From Cyanidioschyzon merolae (taxonomy: Eukaryota), in NCBI GenBank assembly GCA_000091205.1, contig AP006486.2: a stretch of DNA of 64,000 nt; one strand, given 5' to 3'. Each line of letters starts with the position of its first letter. The stretch's first letter is position 1. Position numbers and translations under genes: made by a program. Below, in pieces: positions 54,798 to 64,000 of the stretch. Under the pieces are notes generated by a model. The model did not search any database. It was not told the origin of the DNA and was given only the letters and a program-made list of their open reading frames with translations.

Positions 54798-55769
54798 TTA
54801 TCGATCCCAGCGAGTTCGTCGTCGTCGATGATTCGTAAAGGTACTGGTGGTCTGTGTGGGCGAAGCAGACGCATCGACCGCGTTGCAACCATTCTGGAAA
54901 GTTTCGTTCGAGGGGATGCTCTCCATTTCCAACGAGCGTGTAGATTTCAGGGACCCCTGCGACTCCAAGGCCGGCTGTGATCGTTTCTGACTCCCCATAC
55001 CGTGTTTGCCTTCGGTCGGCTGCAGATGTTCTCGGGTACACCCGTCGCTTGAGCGCAGTGCGTTGCGCTGCTTGGATAGGTCTCCAGTTGCTCGCGCTAG
55101 TGCAGTAGCGAACTCGGTGAAGGCTGGCGCAGCAAACGTGCTCCCGTATCCGTATGCTGGAATACCACCGGTGGCATCGACGGTACTCCCTGTCCACATT
55201 CGCCTTGCACTTGGACCAAAACGGCCATTTTTCACTGGCGGAACGCGCAAATGCTTAACGCTGGTCTGTAACTGCGAGCTGTCAAGTAGCGCTGGTGCGG
55301 CAGACACCGGAACCATACTGCAGTTCGTTGTACGAACAAGCGACACTTGTTGGTACTCCGGCTCAGCGTCAGTGTCAGACGCTGCGGCAGCTTTCCCGCC
55401 AGCACCAGCGCTCTCGCTGTCGTCATGGATAGGCACGCTGTCAAAGAGGTCCTGGGAGCCTTTGTTGTTACCTGCCGAGTTCTTACGTCGTCGCTGTCGT
55501 CTCGGCGGTCGAAACGGGTCCAAGCTCCGAAGGTCTCGTTGTGAGTGGGCGCTTGCGTCCGACGTGGCAAGTTCGTGTACCTCTTCCCGAAGACTGCGCT
55601 GAAGCTCGTATGGGAATGGGCGAACTTGCTCGTGCTTGGAAGTCGTGGTAACAGCCCGGCGCTTTCGAGCGAGCACTTCCGCAAGTGCTACCCGCGTGCG
55701 TTCACTTGTCTCACGCTCGAGCTCCTCTCTGGTCAGCGTTGGCCGTACCGGAAAGCTCCCAGAGCACAT
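54798..55769 (-). CDS. Hypothetical protein with an R/K-rich patch (PPRRQRRRKNS)
   Basis: 323-codon ORF. No recognised domain; Ser/Thr/Ala-rich. Confidence 0.3.
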   Translation of the reverse strand: MCSGSFPVRPTLTREELERETSERTRVALAEVLARKRRAVTTTSKHEQVRPFPYELQRSLREEVHELATSDASAHSQRDLRSLDPFRPPRRQRRRKNSAGNNKGSQDLFDSVPIHDDSESAGAGGKAAAASDTDAEPEYQQVSLVRTTNCSMVPVSAAPALLDSSQLQTSVKHLRVPPVKNGRFGPSARRMWTGSTVDATGGIPAYGYGSTFAAPAFTEFATALARATGDLSKQRNALRSSDGCTREHLQPTEGKHGMGSQKRSQPALESQGSLKSTRSLEMESIPSNETFQNGCNAVDASASPTQTTSTFTNHRRRRTRWDR

Positions 55770-57817
55770 AATGAATAGTAGCGCCTACTCCTAAACATTA
55801 ATAAACGTAAAACAGAACACCGACTGTTCCAGTGGTCAACAGCGAGGCATCCCGTTGGGTTGCGTATGGCCGGTTTCGGAAGAGTGCTAGCAAGAACGCC
55901 TTGAAAGAATGGAATGATATACCCATATGAGAACAAACCTAACTAAATCCGTACAATGGCGTGTCCATTGAAATCCGGGGCGCTTCCGACGATCACCAGC
56001 ACCAGCCTTGTGGGATTTTTCTGCGACTGCTTTCTTTACTCCTTCTCTCTTTGGCTTTACATATGCCGATCATCCCTTTTTCTCCAGCTTCGTTGTCAAC
56101 AGTCGAAGGATGTTGGCAGCGCCTCTCATGTCTGGACCTCGATGCTTCTGGCTGTTCTTGACGCATTTCATGCACGAGCGGAAGTTGCGATCTCTGTTTC
56201 ACTTGCTATTGTCATCTTCTTCGTAGACATTCAGGGTGCGCGGTTCACCACAGGACCAGTTCGGTATGATCAGGTCTTCTCATACAACCACTAAACCTCC
56301 TCCTATGAGAGCCGCTCTGTGCCGCGTGAGCACTTGCTTCCTTGATCAGCAGATGCCCTCGACGGGTTCAGAGCGCTCGTCTTGATTTCCTCGCATCCGA
56401 TTCCGCCCGCCGTTGCCGTATCCTGCAACCAATGGCCTCTTCTGGCTGGTCCCGTCGGCGAGTACGCTGTATGAAGCACACGCGCTCGCACACTGTTTCA
56501 TTCGACAGAGGATTTGCGGAAAGCGAAGTTCCCAATGACGGAACAAGTCCCGGAAGTCGAGTTAGGGCTGGAGAACGAGTCGAGAAATTTCGATCCGTAT
56601 TCGCTCCCTTTCTACAAAGCGATGCGCACGCTCCACTGGGAGCGACCCTTGCACGACTCAAGTCCGTGTCCAAGACCCATTTGCATGGAAGCAGATGAGA
56701 CAGAGGCTTCATGGGGTGTATCCCATTCGATTTGTCCTACTGCTTTGGAATGCAATTTCGTCGATGGCCGTAAAGAGCAGAGGATTTTTCTTTGGAACGA
56801 AATCTATTATTTGACGTGAAGAGTGCTTTCAACGTTCGGCATGCGCTTGCGAACAAGCCATCTGGAATCGACGTCAGGTTTGCTCCTCGTCGACACAGCA
56901 GCGAGAATTGCAGCACCCACGAGTTGTCTTGAAACAGAAGATTCGAAGACTTGAGGCATGCGTGAATCCCGCATGCTACACGTGCTGACAGCAGAAGCGT
57001 TGCTGCGTGAACCCATGAATTGGATATGGATATTGGATCTTTCACAAATCGTTTTTCGGTTGCGTCGCGAATCACCTCGATGACGGTGACGGAACGAATT
57101 GCAGTGGCAAAGCGTCGAAGAATGCGCTTCGAAACGACAACCGAGAACCTTAACACTACGCAAGGATCAATAAGCCCTGATCGCTGCACTTGGAATGTCG
57201 AGGTTGAACATCGAAACAAAAGTTCGGAGAAAAATCAAAAGGCAAGAACAGAGCAAGCATATCAGGCTTTCTTTTCAATCATGCATCAGTGGAGTCTGGG
57301 TACAACGCAGTCTCCTGCGCTAAAACGCTACCTGGTGAGTCACCCGCGAGTCTCGTGCAAAGCTCTGGTGCGCAGTATCGTGTGCAAAGAGGGTGTTCGG
57401 TAGCTCTTAGCGTGCGTACGGCATCGAGCGTGGGAAGAGCTGCCAGTGCTTCAAAAAATGGATATACAGCTGCACCCGTAACGCGCATTCGGTTCCGTTT
57501 ACCGTACTGGACGGAAAGCGTTCGTAAGCGGTTGCTGCGGGCCGGTCAGAGATGCCTCCCGAGGTGCCTCTGCCCATATCATGTTGCTGCGTTCGAGCAG
57601 AGCAGGTTTCGGGCCTCGACACCGCATCGTTCCAATGTTGGGCAGTGCGAAAGGCATGCTGTTGTACGCAATCTGGATTTGCTTGCTCACTGATGATGCT
57701 GGTTAGCTTCGCTGACGCTGCGTCCCTACACGTAAACGTTCTCCATTCGATGGGAGCAAGTTCCCAGACTGCAGCCACCAGGGATCGACCGAGTATTATG
57801 CCAACGGCAGTATATGC

Positions 57818-58354
57818 TCAAGAGAGTGGCACTGCCCGCAAGCCAGTTGCACCGTCCACAACCTGTTCATGGATGAGATCCGTGAGCACGGCTCCGAGCC
57901 ACCAGCCGAACGCGCCGAGGGCCAGACTGCCGAAAAGGAGCTGGCTAAGGAGGAGGGCGTCTCGGTTCCCGGAACCCGTGTGCAACGGGGCAGTCGCCTG
58001 TTTCCTCAGAGACTGCGTACACTGCTCATACTCGAGTCGTGCGAGGAACGCTCGGAACCTTTGCCGCGCTTCATCGTCAGCGCTTGACGAAGTGTCATCC
58101 TGCGGCAACTGCCAGCGCACGAGCGTGCTCTGAACGAGTTCACGCACCGCATCCTGGGTGTATCCCGAACCGAGCGCGACGTCCAGCAGCTCTCTGTGCG
58201 ATATCCAGCACTTCTCGAAGGTCGCTGTGTCGTCAAGCACTGAACCAGGCCCGGAAATGACGTCGCGCTGGCTGCGCCCCTGAGTCGCTGCTCTCAGAAA
58301 GGCGCGAACTTTGGGGTCTGTGGCGTCGAGCCACGGCATAGAGCCGACCAGCAA
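57818..58354 (-). CDS. Hypothetical protein with a C-terminal hydrophobic segment (possible tail anchor)
   Basis: 178-codon ORF with LLLSQLLFGSLALGAFGWWLGAVLTDLI near the C-terminus. No family recognised. Confidence 0.25.
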   Translation of the reverse strand: MLVGSMPWLDATDPKVRAFLRAATQGRSQRDVISGPGSVLDDTATFEKCWISHRELLDVALGSGYTQDAVRELVQSTLVRWQLPQDDTSSSADDEARQRFRAFLARLEYEQCTQSLRKQATAPLHTGSGNRDALLLSQLLFGSLALGAFGWWLGAVLTDLIHEQVVDGATGLRAVPLS

Positions 58355-58811
58355 ACCTCTCCACGAACTGACGACGATTCGCTGCTCGTGTACTCCTGGC
58401 TCGCGCAGCCGGTGTCCGTGTCACGCTTCACAGGGCAGAAACAACGCAGTGTTCGTGTCCTACGGAACGGTAACGGTCAAGTCTGACGTCGCGTACGACA
58501 GCAGGCAGCGCGCAAGCTTGTGTGCTGAAGCAACACCACCGCTTAACGCACACTAGTTCGACTCGAGTGACACGCTCGAGTACGTCTCTTTGTTGTGTGT
58601 GCGTACGCATCGAGGTTTCGTGAACGTTTATAGTGCATGTTTGCAGCACCGACACTCACGGCACCCGCTCGACCGTAGCATCTAGCCAACTCGCTACGTT
58701 GCACCAGTGTCGTGCGTCACGGAACGCCACGTTGCGGAGCGCACCTGGACCCTAACGACGACTGTTGCCTGCTCATCACCGTTGCTTTATTGGAAGCACA
58801 CCAATAGTTTT

Positions 58812-59453
58812 ATGGGTGCAGCGGCAGCAGCGCCTCGTTGCCTTGTGCTTGCCGGCCCTTCGGGTGTCGGCAAGGGAACCGTGCTTGCGCGTCTCAGTCA
58901 AGTGCTCCCGGACGTCTTCGGCTTCTCCGTATCGCATACGACGCGGGCACCGCGTCCTGGTGAGTGCGACGGGCGCGAATATCACTTTGTCACGGAGGAG
59001 GAGTTTCAGCGAGCCCGCGCTGAAGGCCGCTTCCTCGAAACTGCATCCGTGCATGGTCAGTGGTACGGAACGAGCTGGGAGGCCATTGAACGTGTACGTC
59101 GCACTGGACGAATCTGCGTACTGGACATTGATGTGCAGGGCGTGCGCAGCATCCGAGCTGCAAAGCTTCCAGCGCTCGTCGTTTTCTTGCGACCGCCGAG
59201 CATGGCGGAGCTGGAGCGACGTCTCCGTGGTCGCGGGACGGAGGACGAGGCCAAAATCCAACGCCGCCTCGAGACTGCTGCCGAAGAGCTGCGGATAGCA
59301 CATGAAGAACCCTCGCTCTTCGATGCTATTATCGAGAACCAGGATCTCGAAGAGACCTGCGCACAGCTACGAAAACTGCTTGACGAGGACGTGCAGGCGC
59401 TTCGCGGTGTGCGCGAGGCTGGAGCAGCATCCGCTGCACAGCGAACGAGTTGA
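58812..59453 (+). CDS. GUK1: Guanylate kinase (GMP kinase). The track ORF begins at 58707; the Met at 58812 is the likely start.
   Basis: P-loop LAGPSGVGKGTV, FSVSHTTRAPRPGECDGREYHFV, FLETASVHGQWYGTS and VLDIDVQGV, with guanylate-kinase spacing. Confidence 0.8.
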   Translation: MGAAAAAPRCLVLAGPSGVGKGTVLARLSQVLPDVFGFSVSHTTRAPRPGECDGREYHFVTEEEFQRARAEGRFLETASVHGQWYGTSWEAIERVRRTGRICVLDIDVQGVRSIRAAKLPALVVFLRPPSMAELERRLRGRGTEDEAKIQRRLETAAEELRIAHEEPSLFDAIIENQDLEETCAQLRKLLDEDVQALRGVREAGAASAAQRTS

Positions 59454-60577
59454 AAGCATTAGTGTGTGCTATGCAGCTGGATCAGGTTTGAGCACTGAAC
59501 TGGAATCTGGAAAGGCACCGTTGGAGCTGGTGTTGGATCATGAGTTCGCGTGGATGGAGCGGTAAGCGCAGACGCGTCCGGCGGTACGACAATGGGCCTT
59601 TGCACCTCATTTTCTGGATGCGAGCAGGGATCCCCTGGACTGTCGATCGTGCAGTGGCATCAGAGAGCCTGCTGAGGCACTTGCTCTGGTCGCTTTGCTT
59701 TCATTTGTGCGCGCCAGGCCTATGCTATAGAGCTGGATGCACACGAACTCGTGCGTCATCGCGCAGGCTGATGACCTGAATCGACAGCGTGCTTATCGCT
59801 TCGCCTATCATCGCGGGAGCGCATGGAATGCCTCTGGTTCAGTGCTCGATGGACCATACGGAGGCGTTGCGCTCGCCACGAGTGATTGCTCGCTTTCCTG
59901 TTATGGTGGCAACAGGATACCATGCTCTCAAACGACTGCATTAAGTAAGGGTGCTTTTTGGTATACGTGGTGTGATCCGGGAGCTGCAGGGCGCTGCGAA
60001 CGCATGAGCGACAAGCGTTTGTGCTTTTTCATATAGGATAAGGACGTACCGCTCGAATGGAGATTGCCCGAATACATCGACAATCTGATACTGACAGTAC
60101 TTGTATTCGTCAAAGTCATTTATCTAACGAACGACCTGGCGTTTTGAATAGAGCTTGACGGAATGCATAAACGAGCTGACACCTTTGGCATTCCGTCTAT
60201 TCGACTTCCCTTTACGACGAATAACAACGCATCCTTCAAAAAGGGATTCCTCGAATGCGTAGACGAACTGATACCGTCCACCACTGCCAGATCCAATCTA
60301 ACGCATACGAACCTACACCACGACGCGGAAACGCTGATTTACGCTACAGAAAATGGCGGCCACACCTGCACCTTAACGCTGCACCAAACCAAGTCGCTTG
60401 GACAAACCCTATACCATAAGCGGATGAGGACGAGGCACCAGGCACTGACGGAATCAGAAGCTTCCGCATCCCCGAGCGCAGCGATACCCAGACTGGTCTG
60501 TTCACGGGCTCGCAAACAACACAGCCTGCTACTCGGACGTTACCCCATCGCTGGGCAACCCGCAGCACACCTGGCGT

Positions 60578-62002
60578 TCAGCGAATCGTGCCTCCTTGAA
60601 TGGTGGCGGCTCGACACGGTCCTTTATCCGTCGTAAACGGAATGTCACCGTAACGAGCCTCACAGGACGGATCCGTGCTCGTGCGGAAATGTTCCGCAAC
60701 TTTCTCGAATATTTTCTTTTTCGGATTCAGCTGCGCATCCGGCTGGTTATCGCGGTCTGCATCTGTACCGGGAAAGTAGACGCGGTCTCCGGGCTTGGCT
60801 CCAGGAGGCGGCTTGACGAGTTCCACTTGTGTCCCGTCGGCTGAGGTGGCGCAGAGCACCATCGCCTCGGAAACAATACCGCGCATTTTCACGGGTTTGA
60901 GGTTTGCCACCACGATACACGGCCCGAGTAGCTCTGCTGCATCGGGGATGTACTTGCGGAGGCCACTGCACACCGTAACGGGACCGCTGTCTCGACCAAT
61001 ATCGATTTCCTCGACATAGAGTGCGTCGGCATCGGGGTGCGGCTTTGCAGTGAGAATCTCCCCGACCCGAATATCGACGCGAGCAAGGTCGCTTCGGCCA
61101 TCCCCCGAAGCGTCTTTTGGCGTTTCAACTCGCGTCGTCTTTGCCGTTTTCGACGAGGCGACTGCACTTCCGGGCGCGGGCGCAGCTTCAACACCCGCCC
61201 TCGTCTCCTGGTCTTCCTGCTGCCCTGACTGAGACTCTGTTCCAGACCTTGCAGCTGTAGACGATAGTCCCGCGACACCAAACATCGGTGCTTGAGCTGT
61301 GGTTGATCGAAACCACGCTTTCGGAGGCAGCGGCACGAGTTCAACCCGGTCTGCGTGGCCGTACCGATGCAGGAGGTTTTGCATGAGGTCAAACCAGCGC
61401 CATACCTGTACGAGGTTGCTCCTCTGCGCAGCGTCAAGACCATCTTTTACCCAAGTTTCAAAAACTGGTGCAGTTGCTCGAGCTGCTGCCACGTCTAGAG
61501 CAGTCACCACCGGACCGCAGAGGAAAGTCTTTTCGCCCCGCGCAAGAACGTCTGGAAGCACCTTTCCAGCAAAAGTTTCCAACGACTCTCGCTGTAGCCG
61601 TTCCAGCATTCTCTCTATAAACTTCGTCCGCTCTGATTGCAGGGATCCTCCTCCCAGAAGTTCAGAGTGTGTGGGCAGCGCTTGCCGGCACGCTGTGACG
61701 AGTTCCGAAACGCTCTCGAACCGGTTCCGTGCAGTTGCTGCACGGCAAAGTGCGACCCACTCGGGGCAGAGGTTCGGGGACACTATCGTCATTACAGGCC
61801 AGCCTACGCTTTCTTTAATTCTTCGCCCAAAACCTGTCCCCAAACCCGAGAGGAACAGATCCCTCTCGATCAAGAAGAATTTTCGTGCGCTCATAGAGCT
61901 CTTCGCAGTGCATGCGTCGACGAGAGCCTGCGGGCATTTTCGCCAGCGAGTGGCGGGTCTTCTTTCAGGTTTTGTCTGTGCGCCGTCGCCGAGTTCAGAC
62001 AA
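60578..62002 (-). CDS. Arc1p/AIMP1(p43)-like aminoacyl-tRNA-synthetase cofactor: GST-C-like N-terminal domain, K/E/A-rich linker and C-terminal EMAP-II/Myf tRNA-binding domain. The start is probably an internal Met.
   Basis: The C-terminal VDIRVGEILTAKPHPDADALYVEEIDIGRDSGPVTVCSGLRKYIPDAAELLGPCIVVANLKPVKMRGIVSEAMVLCA..GAKPGDRVYF matches the EMAP-II tRNA-binding fold (LDLRVGKI..HPDADSLYVEKIDVGE..RTVVSGL..NLKPxKMRGVxSQGMLLCA). The upstream part is GST-C-like. Confidence 0.75.
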   Translation of the reverse strand: MSELGDGAQTKPERRPATRWRKCPQALVDACTAKSSMSARKFFLIERDLFLSGLGTGFGRRIKESVGWPVMTIVSPNLCPEWVALCRAATARNRFESVSELVTACRQALPTHSELLGGGSLQSERTKFIERMLERLQRESLETFAGKVLPDVLARGEKTFLCGPVVTALDVAAARATAPVFETWVKDGLDAAQRSNLVQVWRWFDLMQNLLHRYGHADRVELVPLPPKAWFRSTTAQAPMFGVAGLSSTAARSGTESQSGQQEDQETRAGVEAAPAPGSAVASSKTAKTTRVETPKDASGDGRSDLARVDIRVGEILTAKPHPDADALYVEEIDIGRDSGPVTVCSGLRKYIPDAAELLGPCIVVANLKPVKMRGIVSEAMVLCATSADGTQVELVKPPPGAKPGDRVYFPGTDADRDNQPDAQLNPKKKIFEKVAEHFRTSTDPSCEARYGDIPFTTDKGPCRAATIQGGTIR

Positions 62003-63391
62003 GCGTCAGACTCAAGTGGAACATAGGAATGCTTGCTTCGTTCGTCGTTCTCGACATCGACGAGCTTGGTTCAGATGTGCAGCATAGACATTCGAAATGC
62101 ACGGATAAGGGCTCACGGAAGCATGCGTCGTGTTGAGATTCGCCGACATCGTTTCTGAGTGGCTTCTTCGACGGTTTACCGCTGGAATTCGTTGCGTCTC
62201 CGAAACGAGGATGGCTCGCGACACCCTCGATGCAGGGCTCTTAAAGCGACCAATACGATCATCGGATTCGTTCGTACGCGGATCTATTCTTCCCCTTTTC
62301 TCAAGTGTGGCAAGCTGAAATCACGCCTTCCTCATGTTTTCGATCTTTTTGTGTTTCAAGGAAACAGGTGAACAAGGCAACTTGAACCAATGTATTGACT
62401 AGGAGCGTACTCGAACTCGTCCTTCGACGACTTGCCCACAAACTTATGCCGCATGCTCTCTGAAATCGTCAAGCGAAATCATTGACCCTGTACTTATGCA
62501 ATATCCTAGTCTCTTGGTGGCTATCGGCGATACAACATTCTACTCCAGCATGATATTTGTCACAGGGTACGCTCCCAGAGGTTCTAGTCTCTAGTGTTTG
62601 CAGGGAAGATGTTCTTGGACTCGAAGTCGAGTTCTCGCAGCAATCGCCTTCATTCGGGAGAGCGTCAGCGCTTCGCATGAACGCATCCTGGCCGGATCTA
62701 GGTTTCTTGACGTGATCTCAGGCCTGGATTTTTCCGTTCAACAGTTGTTACATCGCGGACAACATCGCGTTCCACAAATCCGGTTCTATTCGGAAACAGC
62801 TGCGAACAGAGCACGGTTCATCGTACAGACGCCATCTTATTCTCTGTGATTCAACCCGAGTTAGATCGTCACCAGGGTCTCGAATGGAAGCAAATCATTC
62901 GTTGGAGAATGCAACAGCGTGCGTTAGTTTGAGCAGCAGACCGAGGACTTGCCGAGGGATCGCTCCGAAGAAGCCCATGATCATCGTGGACAGTACCGGG
63001 CGCGAAATCACAAGCGAGCATCCATGTCATGCTCTGCATTCGTTAGGGGCATGTACAGAGCGAGGAAGCATGCTTCTTTTTCAAGCGCCACAAGGCGGTG
63101 CCTGGAACAGCAGGAGCTCCTTCGGTAGATCGTTCTGAACACCAAACCACACTCCCGTGTTACTGCAACGAAGGGCGCACCGAGGCTGTGTTCAAAGAAC
63201 ACGAAGATGGCAAGCAAAGCGTAGATTGCAACGCCCGCTCGTGTGTGAAGCGCCCCGACAACAGTCGATAGCAGCAAAATCGGGAACTGAACGCTGCCAT
63301 CAACATCCTTCAACTACTGACAACAGACGCAGAAGGACAGAGGAGACCAGTGCATTGAAAGCGAGAGATGTGTGTTGAATGAAACGAAGAA

Positions 63392-63975
63392 GGCGCTGCG
63401 ATCACAGAGGGCATACATAAACACCCACTCACAGACGCCTCCGAGCCCTTTTCGACGGGCCGCCTGCTATCGGCTACAGTTTTTATCGCAGCGCACTTCG
63501 TGTTGAGCGGCTGCCCGGTAAGCTTAGATGGCGGCAGCTCTGCGAGTCTCTTGTCGTCAGCACCGCACACATCATCTGGTATTGGTGGCAGCATTGAAAT
63601 CTGGGTTCTCGAGCTCCATGCGTTTATTGCCGCTGAATGAACTCGCCAGCGCAAGGATTCCTCTAATTTGTACCCTCTGTGGAAATACAGTCTCACCATC
63701 GTCCCGTCGGGCAAACACCTCTTCTCGCATATACCCCATCGTCTTCGTCACTTGCGTTTCTTCGCTCGATTGTCGGCGAGAAGAAGATTTTTTCGTTTTG
63801 TTTTCGGGCACCCGGCGATGATGGCCCTCCAGGATCCGCGACTTTCCGGTCCATACCTTCCCATTAGATTTTTATTTCTTCAAATGAACGCACTTTGAAC
63901 GCTTCTCCAATAAACCGCGAAAGCGCATTTGATGACACGGAAGTGAGCGTGCAATGCAATTAAGGTGAAAGACTA
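63392..63975 (-). mobile_element. MITE-like, internally deleted derivative of the Fanzor/TnpB-like family (copy M2); it may extend past the window end
   Basis: Collinear with M1 (22180-22778). Its 5' block is ..tcttcaaatgaacgcactttgaacgcttctccaataaaccgcg..gaaagactat. It retains a short ORF ending MELENPDFNAATNTR, a decayed version of MEFVNRDFNAAINIRK, and its antisense frame matches the copy-2 antisense frame (LVLVAALKSGFSSSMRLLP versus LILMAALKSRFTNSIRFLP). Confidence 0.55.
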
Positions 63976-64000
63976 TGCCAGCGCGAGCATATGCTAGACC

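Noticed and set aside
1-64000. tRNA or rRNA genes
   Set aside because: I saw no rRNA-like conserved blocks. tRNAs cannot be reliably detected by eye, so none are reported; a tRNAscan run would settle this.

Overview
This 64-kb window reads as eukaryotic nuclear DNA (about 55-58% GC): single-exon or intron-poor genes, one clear GT-AG intron, and many micro- and minisatellites. I can assign, with varying confidence, a SAMHD1-like HD-domain dNTPase, the PP2A scaffold A subunit (HEAT repeats), a TVP38/DedA-family membrane protein, a TBC-domain Rab-GAP, a DnaJ-like CxxCxGxG zinc-finger protein, class II fumarase with a mitochondrial-type presequence, proteasome beta7 (PSMB4-like), Maf1, Rab11, prohibitin with an 85-bp GT-AG intron, a twin-arginine (Tat) signal FKBP suggesting a plastid-bearing host, a 1258-aa Mut-7/EXD3-like exonuclease, an LRR protein, guanylate kinase, an Arc1p/AIMP1-like tRNA-binding protein, and several hypothetical proteins. 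The main discovery is a family of Fanzor/TnpB-like RNA-guided-nuclease transposable elements (eukaryotic OMEGA-type, Fanzor1-like). Two roughly 2.4-kb copies lie head-to-head as an inverted duplication at 33.85-39.52 kb. Both are pseudogenised by frameshifts and stops but keep RuvC-I (GGDPRN versus GANPGN), a TS-x-x-C zinc-finger region and the canonical RuvC-III motif NRDFNAAINIRK. Two roughly 580-bp internally deleted MITE-like derivatives sit at 22.2-22.8 kb and 63.4-64.0 kb, and a solo 3' fragment sits at 50.33-50.63 kb. The conserved 3' termini are where an omega-RNA scaffold would be expected, and homology between copies stops abruptly at the presumed right end. The most recognisable tandem arrays are 70, 92, 110, 120 and 121 bp in period; they are not CRISPR arrays and they create artefactual ORFs in the six-frame track. 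No rRNA was recognised; tRNAs cannot be excluded by eye.
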